From a virus (taxonomy: Duplodnaviria > Caudoviricetes), in the IMG/VR virus record IMGVR_UViG_3300020576_006124, positions 64,001 through 128,000 of that record: a stretch of 64,000 bases of DNA. One strand, 5' to 3'. The notes beneath the pieces are model-generated. The model worked only from the letters and a program-made list of their open reading frames with translations. It did no database searches and was not told where the DNA came from. Of this stretch, positions 26,814 to 36,834 are shown piece after piece (position 1 is the first letter of the stretch; each line of letters opens with the position of its first letter). Made by a program: the position numbers and the translations under genes.

Positions 26814-28788
26814 ATACCCTCAGTTTAGACATTCTATCTTCAATATTTTTGAAGTTAAAAGTTAAAGCGGTTTCTAGGGATTCTTCTTCTGAAGAAGAGC
26901 CTTCGTATAAATACTTGGTTGAGATTCCTCTCACCCTGCCATCAAGATTATTATCTACTTCTCTTAAAAGTATTCTACCATTCTCAGAGTCTAATGCAAA
27001 AGAAGTTTGTGTTGAGTCATCGCTTAAAATACTATTGAGCGATATATTGTTAAGGACTTCCCCTCCCCAGTACCTATCTACTCCCGACTCAGAAAAAACA
27101 TCAGAAAAAGGACTTGGGTAAAAAGATACTTGTAAGTATGGTTCATTAGTGAATAATGATCTTTCGTTTTTAATGGAGGAGTTAATATCACTGTAGAGAA
27201 TCTCAATACTAAGAGTATTTTTTCCTTTTTTAAAGTTCAAATCGAATTTGTTAAATTGGGAATCTATACTTCCATCAGAGTAGACTTTGCTGAGACTTCT
27301 AGACGATGTAATTTCCTTCCCATTTAAAGACACTTTTGCTTTGATTAAAGCATCTGTATAGTTGGGGTTATTGACTTCTGATATTGGTATAACACCTTGT
27401 ATAATGTTTAAAAGACAATCTTTAACAGAGAAATCTTGGTTGCATCTCAAGTTAATACTAAAAGTGTAAGTATTTCCTGGTACTAAGAACTGGCTGTTAT
27501 TTCCATAATTTAAGCTGACTGGAATTACTAATTCCTTATAGATTCCGTGAGGATTATCTCTTTGGAAAAGAACATCCACTCCACTTATTAGTTTAGTAGA
27601 GTCCCCAGGCTCAACTGCTAAATAGGACGTTGTTTGTAGATCATTATTCTCTACGCTAGAGTAGATAACTCCTATTTTTTTGTTTCCTCTGGAGCAAGCT
27701 ATTTGTATTTGGTCTAACCCAACGTACATTTCTGCTTTTTCTGTATTAGAAACTTTACTTGTTGTTTTCTGCTTTATATTTCCCCAAGCAATTGGGGTTA
27801 GAGATGAAGAAAGAAATTCTTCCCTCTTAATCTCGGGGGATTTGACTGATACCCATTTATTCAAAGCACAAGGGTAGTCTACAGAAGAATGCGTATACGA
27901 CGCTTCTCCTAAGAAATCTGTTTCCACAAAAATTGAGGATACGCTCTCTGGTATATTAAAAGATCCTGTAGTCAGAGAGCCTGGGTCTACGATAGAATCT
28001 TTTATGCCTAAAGTTCTAACTTTAAGAGTTATCGGCCTTACCTCAGGAGAGAGTAAAGACACTGTAAACGTTTTTTCTTTAACCGGAATAGCTAGATAAA
28101 GACTACCGTTAAAAACAACCTCACTACTTTTTTCCAAGCCATCTGAATATTTCAGCTGTACGGAGTTAGAGCAAGATAGATTAATGTAGTTAAAAACTTC
28201 ACTACTGCTAAGAGTAACATTAAAGGAAACTTCTTCTCCAAACTTTAATATCAGTTCTCCATCTGAATTCTGAATAGAGTTTTTGCTATTGGTAGTTAAT
28301 TTAAAATCCTTTAAGGCTCGAACTTTAACCCAAGCTTTAGACCTTATTTCTCCAGAGGTTTGATTAAAGAAAACATCGCTGCTTCTATCAAAAGTAGAAA
28401 AGGATTTAAAGTCCCCTATCAACAAGGCTTTATTAGTTATATTGCCTGAGACTCTACTCTTTAGCCTGGAGACTTCCTGTTTCAGAGTCTCTATCCTTTC
28501 TGTGACACTTTGAGCCAAAAGAAAGTGGTGCTGGTTGAGTATTTCTTGTGAGAGCCTAATCGTGTCTGAATCTATCCTCAGACTTTTAAAAAAGTCCCTC
28601 ATCTTTCTTGATGAAATCTCCTCCATAGGAAAGGCCGTATAATTTTGAGTTATAGGAGACCCTACTAGGAACTTAGTCGAGATTTCAGAGTAAAGATCCT
28701 GGAAGGAAGTTATTCTTCCTTTCTCAAGACTTAAGCTAAGAAGCTCGGAATAAAGTCTTTTAAATTGTTGCTCTTCTACTAAACTCAT
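26803..28788 (-). CDS. Putative virion structural protein
   Basis: 661 aa; N-terminal coiled coil then beta-rich sequence. Confidence 0.55.
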   Translation of the reverse strand: MSLVEEQQFKRLYSELLSLSLEKGRITSFQDLYSEISTKFLVGSPITQNYTAFPMEEISSRKMRDFFKSLRIDSDTIRLSQEILNQHHFLLAQSVTERIETLKQEVSRLKSRVSGNITNKALLIGDFKSFSTFDRSSDVFFNQTSGEIRSKAWVKVRALKDFKLTTNSKNSIQNSDGELILKFGEEVSFNVTLSSSEVFNYINLSCSNSVQLKYSDGLEKSSEVVFNGSLYLAIPVKEKTFTVSLLSPEVRPITLKVRTLGIKDSIVDPGSLTTGSFNIPESVSSIFVETDFLGEASYTHSSVDYPCALNKWVSVKSPEIKREEFLSSSLTPIAWGNIKQKTTSKVSNTEKAEMYVGLDQIQIACSRGNKKIGVIYSSVENNDLQTTSYLAVEPGDSTKLISGVDVLFQRDNPHGIYKELVIPVSLNYGNNSQFLVPGNTYTFSINLRCNQDFSVKDCLLNIIQGVIPISEVNNPNYTDALIKAKVSLNGKEITSSRSLSKVYSDGSIDSQFNKFDLNFKKGKNTLSIEILYSDINSSIKNERSLFTNEPYLQVSFYPSPFSDVFSESGVDRYWGGEVLNNISLNSILSDDSTQTSFALDSENGRILLREVDNNLDGRVRGISTKYLYEGSSSEEESLETALTFNFKNIEDRMSKLRVYGR

Positions 28789-28791
28789 AAC

Positions 28792-30723
28792 TTACTGCTC
28801 GATGAGGGTTACTGTGCTTACAACACCACGGTTTCCACTCGTAGACTCTATTAAAATTTTATAGTAAATGAACTTTGGTGAGTCCATATAAACTAGAGCT
28901 GTTGGATTGGCTTTTACATCCTCTGTCTGAATCCAATTTATTCCATCTTCTGATAAGAAGTATCTGTAAATTACACCAGGGGCTTCATCTGCCTCAACTG
29001 TAATACCTACTTTAGTAACTTTCTTTTTAATTGGAATAGCCGAGGATATTATAGCAGACTGGGATAAATATTTATTGCTATGCACTTCAATATCCTTAAT
29101 GGCAATTCCAGCTCTCCACCCAAAGAAAATATCATAGGAAATAATAGAATTTTCGGGAGTCTTTTGATGGTTATAGCTAAAGGCATTTTGTAAGGTATCC
29201 GCAACAGCTAGTACCCCAGAATATACCCCTAGAGCAGAGCTTATCCCTGATGGAATAAGGCTACTTATCAGAGCCCCGGATTTTACATGGGAAGATTTTC
29301 CTCCTGTGATCGAAGTTAGAACATTATTTAACTCTTTAGAGCTTTTATTGATGTTACCCAACGCTCTAGTAGTTCTAAATAGACTGTTAGTTGAGGTTAA
29401 GACGTCTTTGTAAGTATAATAAGTACTTAAGGCACTAACAGGATTAAGAGGACTTAAGTTTACATTTCCTTTAAATAAGGACTGCGGAACGTAGGTTTCT
29501 CCCGAGGAGGAAAGTAAAGTAGGGCTGTATATGTCTATAGATTTAGATGAGTATTTATTGGGGGATCTTTCCCAAGACTCCCACTTATCAACTGTTCTCC
29601 ATAGTCCGTGGCTCCTTGTGGATTTTCTCAGAAATTTAGTAGTTTCAAACTCTTTATAAATTAATCCAGTATCTACATAATCTGTAGAGAACAGTAAATC
29701 AATTTGATCCGTAGGTAGGATAGAATTTAGACCTAAAACAACAGTTCCTTTTATTACCTGAGCTTCTTTTATAGACACCCATCTATCATTAACAAGAATC
29801 TTTACAGACTCAATTTTTAAATGACTAAATCCTCTTCGAAATAGTGGGTTAATTGTAATAGAATTAACTTCTTTAGGCTCAGGCAGAATCAGCTTAAGAT
29901 TCACATAAAATTTATCTACTGGCTTCTCTGAGGATATGTTTAATAAAGTTTTATCCTCACTTTTGGATCCATTCTTGATTGTTATAGTATTGTCATCTTT
30001 TGGAATTAGGGGGGATACATCTATATTCTTTCCCCCATCAGAGTAAGTATTAGATGTACTTTTCTTTATTGGCTGGTTTCTCTTAACAAAGTAAAGCTCC
30101 ATTTCAAAGCAACTTGTTGGATCCCCATCTGATAGATTAAGAATACAAAAACTTTGATTAGGTTCTTTCTCTACTGAGACTGCACCAGTTTCCTTATCAA
30201 TCTTAAAAGTTGTAGACAAAGCATTGCATCCTGGGATCGCCCCTTGGGATGTCTTTTCCCCCAAAACAGGCAGATAGTCTACGGCCTCTGAAGACTCTAA
30301 ACCACTTGATGCTATTCCAAGGCCTAAATCCACAAACCCGTTTGTTGCTCCTAAGTTTAAATATTCCGAAGAGTTAAAGGGTTCTTGAAATAGGATGTTG
30401 TATTTTCCTTGAGACCTTGTAGCACTTAAAGACTTCCCTAATGATTGAACCTCTTTTAGTAAAGAATCAAGTGAGATAACCCCGGAATTGAACAGGGATA
30501 AAAGATCAACCGAATTTTTATTAATATCAGTAATAACTTTATTTATCTCTGTCTCTACAGAAATTATTCTATCTTGAGTCAGCTCAGTAACATCAGAGCA
30601 ATCAGTCAATATGGTAAGGTCAGACTCTGTCTCGAAATTAAAATTAGAATAACAAAGTTGTATCTCCTCTAAGCTGGAGGAGTTACTAACGTCCACAGAT
30701 TCAATTTTTTTATTGAGTTCCAT
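28792..30723 (-). CDS. Putative virion structural protein
   Basis: 643 aa; coiled coil plus discoidin-like NLSDGD..S.FE and N.I.INP segments. Confidence 0.55.
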   Translation of the reverse strand: MELNKKIESVDVSNSSSLEEIQLCYSNFNFETESDLTILTDCSDVTELTQDRIISVETEINKVITDINKNSVDLLSLFNSGVISLDSLLKEVQSLGKSLSATRSQGKYNILFQEPFNSSEYLNLGATNGFVDLGLGIASSGLESSEAVDYLPVLGEKTSQGAIPGCNALSTTFKIDKETGAVSVEKEPNQSFCILNLSDGDPTSCFEMELYFVKRNQPIKKSTSNTYSDGGKNIDVSPLIPKDDNTITIKNGSKSEDKTLLNISSEKPVDKFYVNLKLILPEPKEVNSITINPLFRRGFSHLKIESVKILVNDRWVSIKEAQVIKGTVVLGLNSILPTDQIDLLFSTDYVDTGLIYKEFETTKFLRKSTRSHGLWRTVDKWESWERSPNKYSSKSIDIYSPTLLSSSGETYVPQSLFKGNVNLSPLNPVSALSTYYTYKDVLTSTNSLFRTTRALGNINKSSKELNNVLTSITGGKSSHVKSGALISSLIPSGISSALGVYSGVLAVADTLQNAFSYNHQKTPENSIISYDIFFGWRAGIAIKDIEVHSNKYLSQSAIISSAIPIKKKVTKVGITVEADEAPGVIYRYFLSEDGINWIQTEDVKANPTALVYMDSPKFIYYKILIESTSGNRGVVSTVTLIEQ

Positions 30724-33641
30724 TATTCTAATCCAATTTTAATACTAGTTATTTTAGGAGGAAGATCTTCGCTATTTAGAATAATCTTCGACACAGCTTT
30801 CTGCTTAAGTGTATCATATGATACACTTATTTTAGAAGAATAAGAGCTAAAAGGACTTAGCTCCCTGCTGAATATTAACTCTCCATTCGGTTTAACCCTA
30901 TATTCCAATATAGGGTAATAATTGGGAGAGTTCTGGTCTAGGTTTAGGGGCCTCAACTCCAACTCTTCCCAAGTTTCGTAGTCTGTTACATTTCGGGTCA
31001 GAGGGAACTTAACATTAGAACCAAAAACAGTTCCGTCATCTAATTTAAACCAACCGCTATTCACAAATCTACCCATTGTATTCTTAGGCTTGTAATTAGC
31101 AAACACAGAGTAATCCCCTGGTAGGTTTGAGATAGTTAATTTAATAACTCCTATCTCATAGTAGACCTGGTATTCTCCTGGCTCCAATATTCTTGTAGCC
31201 GAAGTAGAATTGTTAGTCACGCTAATTTGGATAGATTCTTCCCCTTCCATTAATGGGAAATAAAGGGTCTTGAACGCTGATTGTACTGCTGTTATAGTTT
31301 CTGTAACGTCTCCGTCTTTGCCAGAGAGGTTCTTATCGAAGTCGTTTTTTATAAGGTCTTTTAGTCCACCAAGTAATCCACCCTCTATTGCTTTCTTTAT
31401 GCTTAGATCTAAGGACTCAGCACTAAGATTCTTGGAGATAGTGTCTCGGTACTGGGATATGCTCAAATAATTTCTTAAAGTGATTGCTCCGGACCACTCA
31501 TCAAAAGTAATAGCTGAGTTTTGTTTAATTTTCTTTGAGACTTCAAAGCTAATATTAGTTAGCTCTTCTCCTATTATTACATTATTGCTGAATGAATTAG
31601 GCGGGCCTAGTGTGTCGGGAACTGCAGTAAAATGCTCATTCTCTACTGTTACTTCAACGGGCATATACCCATCACAGATTTCCAGATCAGCCTCTAATTG
31701 TTCTACAGAAAGAACCCCTTTTGTTTGAAGTTCTGGTAAGTCTGCAAGACTAGCTGACTTTAATCCAAAATATTTTTTGATATTTGGATTAAAAGGAATT
31801 TTATAGATGTAGTGTACTCCAACCCAGTCCTTAATTTTCTTAACTTTTACTTTGCTTACATGTGGGGCATACTCTAGTTGAATTCTTCCAAAAAGATCAG
31901 TGCCATTAAATTCCTCTGTTATCTTCTGAGGTTTAACTATTACAATATCACTACTATCTACAGAGTTCCAACCAGCCTCCTCTTCCTCTGTGGTAATTAT
32001 CCTAAATGATCCAGAATCTGAAGTAAAGGACCTAAAAATGTTATAGTCTTCATGAACCGGGTAAATAGTAGTATTTACGGCACCTTGCCCTAAATTCTCC
32101 CCCTCAATTTTAAATGCGATAGATCTTATCTCTTTATCCGGTCTAATTTCAGAAGTGTAAAAACCACACTCTGGTAGGTACTGATCATACAGAAAATCTA
32201 TCTCCTGCAATGAAAACTTGTACTCTAGGTAAGATCCTTCTTGTATTTTATTTTTTACGTCGTTCAAGAAGAAAGAGGGGAGGGAGCCTGAAGGGTTAGT
32301 TATTTGAGGGGGGGTATAATAGCTTATTTCCCCAAACTCTTTTGATAGTATTACACTTATTCGATCCGTAGTTATTGTGTGAGGCAAGCTTACAGTTTTT
32401 GACCCCTCTATATTGACCGAGACTTCATATGAAGACTCCCCTATATAGGCTTCAAAACTAGATATTTCTAAGGACTCAGTCGATGAGACGGACGGATCAT
32501 AGGTTATTGAAAGATCTAGATCTTCAGCCCCTTCTGGAACAAAGTCTATAATAGTTGAGTCACTCCATCCCCCAGTAGCTGTTATTTTCTCTGAGTGTTC
32601 TCTTATGGTTATCCCACTAGAATCTTTCCAATTAAAATTAACTTTAAACGGGGAAAGAAGAGATCCTTTTGTATTGATTATAACCTCAACTCTGGAAGAA
32701 GTAAGATCAACAGGGTTTGCTGAGAAGGCTCCTTGTACTGCAGAGGATAAAAGGTCTACTGTTTGGGTAAGAGATGCACTACCTCCTGTTAGGGTGGCCT
32801 TACCCCCAGAGATAGTAAAATTAGTGGCTGTCCATGACCCTGAAGCAGCTAAATCACTATTAGTGAGACATTGTGGTGTCTGAGAATTTCTCCAGCTTAT
32901 CTTCTCTAGAGAAACAGGTAGAAGTGAGTTTATCAGAACCGCGTTGAAGGACGTAGGACGGCTTAAATCAAAGGTTAATAAGACCGTTGCCTTATTATCA
33001 AAATATTCTCTAACCCATGGGTCTCCAGAGGTTGAGGTTTTTATGGGAGACTTACTTAAGATACTAGTACTCCAAGATGTTGAAAGATTAGAATCAACAA
33101 TAGCCTCGGGGCTTTTTTCTGTGAGATTACCTGTCCATCTTTCAACTTTAACTTTCCCCCCAAAATACCCCTCGTTCTTATTTAAGGAAAAAGAACCAGC
33201 CTTAGACCCAGATATTGCTTTCTCCCTTGAATCATAGACGGCTTTAGGATAGAGAGGAATCTTTTCAAAATTTGGAAGGTCTAAGGGGGTATAAACCTTA
33301 TTATATACTGTACTTCTTTCTGAGAAGAAAGATTCTGAATCTTTATTTAGATGAACAAGAGCGCCTTCCAGTAAGTCCAGTTTGCTAAACAGAGTATTTC
33401 TTGTTTGGATTAGTAGATTCTGGCTGTGGTCAATCTGCTTAAATATCCCAAAAAGAGACGCGGTTAGATTTTGGGTTCTCTTATTCCAGTTATTTGGGTC
33501 ATTAAGGTCTTCCGTTTGAATAGAAATCAGTGGAATCTTAGTCGGGAACAATTCTTTATCAAGGAAGATAGTCCCGTCATTATCCGGGCTTTCTATTGCC
33601 TTAGCTAAAGAAAATACTGTAGTGAAGTCTTTTATTAACAT
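30723..33641 (-). CDS. Putative virion structural protein with carbohydrate-binding-like domains
   Basis: 972 aa; AIVD....TSW, LTFDL and LTQTVDL resemble discoidin/CBM segments. Confidence 0.55.
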   Translation of the reverse strand: MLIKDFTTVFSLAKAIESPDNDGTIFLDKELFPTKIPLISIQTEDLNDPNNWNKRTQNLTASLFGIFKQIDHSQNLLIQTRNTLFSKLDLLEGALVHLNKDSESFFSERSTVYNKVYTPLDLPNFEKIPLYPKAVYDSREKAISGSKAGSFSLNKNEGYFGGKVKVERWTGNLTEKSPEAIVDSNLSTSWSTSILSKSPIKTSTSGDPWVREYFDNKATVLLTFDLSRPTSFNAVLINSLLPVSLEKISWRNSQTPQCLTNSDLAASGSWTATNFTISGGKATLTGGSASLTQTVDLLSSAVQGAFSANPVDLTSSRVEVIINTKGSLLSPFKVNFNWKDSSGITIREHSEKITATGGWSDSTIIDFVPEGAEDLDLSITYDPSVSSTESLEISSFEAYIGESSYEVSVNIEGSKTVSLPHTITTDRISVILSKEFGEISYYTPPQITNPSGSLPSFFLNDVKNKIQEGSYLEYKFSLQEIDFLYDQYLPECGFYTSEIRPDKEIRSIAFKIEGENLGQGAVNTTIYPVHEDYNIFRSFTSDSGSFRIITTEEEEAGWNSVDSSDIVIVKPQKITEEFNGTDLFGRIQLEYAPHVSKVKVKKIKDWVGVHYIYKIPFNPNIKKYFGLKSASLADLPELQTKGVLSVEQLEADLEICDGYMPVEVTVENEHFTAVPDTLGPPNSFSNNVIIGEELTNISFEVSKKIKQNSAITFDEWSGAITLRNYLSISQYRDTISKNLSAESLDLSIKKAIEGGLLGGLKDLIKNDFDKNLSGKDGDVTETITAVQSAFKTLYFPLMEGEESIQISVTNNSTSATRILEPGEYQVYYEIGVIKLTISNLPGDYSVFANYKPKNTMGRFVNSGWFKLDDGTVFGSNVKFPLTRNVTDYETWEELELRPLNLDQNSPNYYPILEYRVKPNGELIFSRELSPFSSYSSKISVSYDTLKQKAVSKIILNSEDLPPKITSIKIGLE

Positions 33642-35080
33642 TAGTTGTCAATTCCACTTTTTACCATTAATATCTCTAATTCTACATCAATAGATGTGCT
33701 CTTTTTCTCCTGGAAATAGAAGTTATTGAAGCACATTATCCTATCAGTATTATCTCCAGTTGAGAAGGGTTTTACAAAGAATCCTCCTGTGCCTGTAGTG
33801 ATAGAGCTATCTGTAACGCTCAAAATGTTAGTAAACGTTGCACCGCCAGCACTCTCATCCAAACTGAGAGTGTTTCCAACGATAGAAAATTTGTAAAAGT
33901 ATTTTACTCCCCCCTGGTTATTTACCTTTACTGTAGAAGTGGAGCTTAGTGAGGTAACTCCTGTGTCGGTTAAAAAGTTACTACCAGAACCCCCGGCATC
34001 CGCTGTCATATCATGGCCAGACAATTTTATAATCCTTACATTTTGAGCTGTTTGTCTGTTTGTAATGTTGCTTGCAGAAGCGCCAGAAAAGAGAAGTGCG
34101 TATCCAGACATATTAGTACTGGTGCCGCTTGTTCTCAGAAGAAATCCACAGAGTGAGTTTAAAGATCCGTCCGAGGGTAGACGCTCTGCGTGGAGGGAGA
34201 AACCTATCTCTTGATCCGCTGTGGTTCCAGGCACATTAGTCAGAGTTACGTATCCCCCTCCCTTCCTATCCGCAGGTAGGTTGGCCAAATATAAAGAGGA
34301 TTCCAGGTATGTATTTGTCCCAAATTGAATAGAACCCCCGTATATTTGAACACATCCAATTGCCCAGTTAGAAGTACCGGATACAGTATTAAAGACTTCT
34401 GTATACCCAGTGCCTAATCTATAAATAGTCAGAGCAGGGGAGTACCCTGGTAAGGAGTAGTTATAGATAGTTCCACTTCCTCTGTAAAAAGGATCAACCC
34501 AGTTTAGCTCATTATTGGACGCAACCACTCCAATACTTACAGTATACCCAGACCCTGCCCTGCTAGATAAAGTTGGAGTAATACAAGTAAAATAGTTATT
34601 GTTATTTACTACCCAAGGAGTAAATCCATAGTTATTTTGGGCCGTATACTGCCCCACAAGTCCACTTTCGTAACAGCTCTCGGATCCTCCAGTTCTGATC
34701 TCTTTCACTGTCCCAGACACAGAGAAATTAGAGTTTAAGAAAGGATCTGTACCAAAAATGGCAGGCACTGTACCAGTAGTAGTTGTTACTCCTGTGGAAC
34801 TGATGCTAAAAGTTAGTGGTACAGTTTCCTTATACACTACAGTACTTGCATCAGTATTAACGGGATCACCGTTACTGTCATAAGTCTGGCTAGATGAAGT
34901 ACTTATATTTTTCTGAAGACGGATAGCAGCATCAAACATGTGGTTCCAGTCGTTAGCCTGCTCCAGAGTGCTTACGTCTGTTAGGGTGCCTGCGAAAGGC
35001 TTCTTGATCTTAAAATCATCTAGTGTTTGGGTACTTTTGTCGAAAGTACTCAGTGGGCCAGTATTAGGTCTATTAGGCAT
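33641..35080 (-). CDS. Putative tail fibre / receptor-binding protein (lectin-like C-terminus)
   Basis: G/S/T-rich; C-terminal Y.YKFSIVGNTL...ILSVTDSSITTG.GGF resembles a concanavalin-like fold. Confidence 0.55.
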   Translation of the reverse strand: MPNRPNTGPLSTFDKSTQTLDDFKIKKPFAGTLTDVSTLEQANDWNHMFDAAIRLQKNISTSSSQTYDSNGDPVNTDASTVVYKETVPLTFSISSTGVTTTTGTVPAIFGTDPFLNSNFSVSGTVKEIRTGGSESCYESGLVGQYTAQNNYGFTPWVVNNNNYFTCITPTLSSRAGSGYTVSIGVVASNNELNWVDPFYRGSGTIYNYSLPGYSPALTIYRLGTGYTEVFNTVSGTSNWAIGCVQIYGGSIQFGTNTYLESSLYLANLPADRKGGGYVTLTNVPGTTADQEIGFSLHAERLPSDGSLNSLCGFLLRTSGTSTNMSGYALLFSGASASNITNRQTAQNVRIIKLSGHDMTADAGGSGSNFLTDTGVTSLSSTSTVKVNNQGGVKYFYKFSIVGNTLSLDESAGGATFTNILSVTDSSITTGTGGFFVKPFSTGDNTDRIMCFNNFYFQEKKSTSIDVELEILMVKSGIDN

Positions 35081-36158
35081 TCTTTACCCCTAAAAGTTGA
35101 ATTTGAGCGTATATTGTACCCGCCCCTATTGTTGTAAATTGCAAATGTTTTTGTATATTAATACCCGGGGTTACTTTTAAAACTCTGGTTGGGGCTGAAG
35201 CAAGGGAGACAAAAGACAGACCAAGATGGTAAGATTCTTGATTACCGGTCCTAACTTTCACAATAGACCCAGATGCAGATAAAGGAACTATTGTAGGGCC
35301 TGCAATAACTTGGTACGCGTTCACCTTTACAAAAGTAAAATCTATATTGTCGTTAGGAAACGAAGATAGTGTATGGGAAGACGGGGCCAGACTAAAGTCT
35401 GAGGTTTCATACACACTTCCCCCCGCAGGAAATCCGTGGAAGTAACAATCAAAGGAGGAACCCACCGAGGTTCCAAATGTAGCCTCGAAACTCATGTTAT
35501 GAACTACAAGTGTTTTACCATTGTTATCTATAGCAGGACCACCCGTTCCGAATATAGCGGCTCTTTCTAAGTTGAAAAGGGCATCGCCTAGAAGATTTAC
35601 ATCTTCTGATTTTACCTGATGAGTCAGACCTCTACCATTTGTTATTGAGGGAAATGTATCTACCGATACAGGGAACTTAGATCTAGTTCCTCTCAACCCT
35701 GTAGTTGTACTGGTATAATAAATCCTTAGACTAATGTAGTCAACGTTAACGTCTGTAGTACCCTCCCTGGCAACTTTGACCCCCCATGACGAGTTCCCTA
35801 CTATATAGCTTGAGGGAAAGGGCGTAATAGCCCACAGATCCGTACTGGTTCCTACAGAGTAAACTGTTGGGGTAGTAGTTATTCCTGTTATAGACTTAGA
35901 CTCTCCAAGATTAGACCCCCCATCAGAGGTCAAGTTAACTACTAGTTCTCCAGTACCACTCGCTGTATGTGCTTTTACCTTAGCAATTACACCATCAATT
36001 TCGCAGTCGTCAGGAAGGATATTTTCGAATCCTGTAACTGTTAAGGATCTCCTATCAGAGCTAGTTGAAAGATAGCCATCATCTAAAAGAGAATAGGAGG
36101 GGGTAGACCAAGTAGGGCCGTAAGCGGATGTTGGTATAACCAGGTCAATAAAAGCCAT
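35073..36158 (-). CDS. Putative tail fibre / appendage protein
   Basis: Beta-rich N domain (VDYISLRIYY) plus an internal FP..VDTFP...N.L.DA module. Confidence 0.5.
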   Translation of the reverse strand: MAFIDLVIPTSAYGPTWSTPSYSLLDDGYLSTSSDRRSLTVTGFENILPDDCEIDGVIAKVKAHTASGTGELVVNLTSDGGSNLGESKSITGITTTPTVYSVGTSTDLWAITPFPSSYIVGNSSWGVKVAREGTTDVNVDYISLRIYYTSTTTGLRGTRSKFPVSVDTFPSITNGRGLTHQVKSEDVNLLGDALFNLERAAIFGTGGPAIDNNGKTLVVHNMSFEATFGTSVGSSFDCYFHGFPAGGSVYETSDFSLAPSSHTLSSFPNDNIDFTFVKVNAYQVIAGPTIVPLSASGSIVKVRTGNQESYHLGLSFVSLASAPTRVLKVTPGINIQKHLQFTTIGAGTIYAQIQLLGVKNA

Positions 36159-36832
36159 TATTTTAAGAAGAGAATGTCCAAACCCACTAATAAAGAGTTT
36201 GCTGAAGAGGTAGTAGCAAAAATATTGTTGCTTCGATGACTTAGAATACTACAGTTAATTGTTAATGCCGAGTACCCAGAACTAAAAGAAAGAGTATTGG
36301 CGTTACAGGAAAAAAGAGATGTATTAAAAGGGGCTTGTATTTTTTGTAAGTTGGTTTTAGGAATCGACTCTACACTAGAATTTGGTGTTAGACTTAAAGA
36401 GGGAATAATTGAAGATGTTGCTAGGTCAAAATCTTCTAAAACAGAACTATCAAGAACTAGTTTCAAAGAGGAGTTACTCAGGTCATATGTTTTGAAATAA
36501 GCGGGAATATCGTCCGCTAAAACTACATCAAACTCAAAAAGATTTCCCGGCCATGAGGATACCGTATTTGACTGTATAATATGTTTGTACAGGCTGGTGA
36601 AAGGAATAGTTAAATTAAACTTTATGCCTATCCTATCTAGCGACCCATCAGAATTAAGCTTACTATTAGAATAAAGATTCTCTGCTTTTAAGATGAAGTC
36701 CTTAAGCTTATTGTAATGTTCCGCATAAACAATTGTAGCCTCTGTGTCATTAACTTGGCCCTGGTTGTATAGAGTAGGCCAAGTATCCTTTGAGGCTGGC
36801 CACTGGCTTTTACTTGGGTATATAAATGGCAT
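36158..36832 (-). CDS. Putative tail fibre adaptor
   Basis: N-terminal WP.SKDTWP...AEHYNKLKD module. Confidence 0.5.
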   Translation of the reverse strand: MPFIYPSKSQWPASKDTWPTLYNQGQVNDTEATIVYAEHYNKLKDFILKAENLYSNSKLNSDGSLDRIGIKFNLTIPFTSLYKHIIQSNTVSSWPGNLFEFDVVLADDIPAYFKTYDLSNSSLKLVLDSSVLEDFDLATSSIIPSLSLTPNSSVESIPKTNLQKIQAPFNTSLFSCNANTLSFSSGYSALTINCSILSHRSNNIFATTSSANSLLVGLDILFLK

Positions 36833-36834
36833 AA

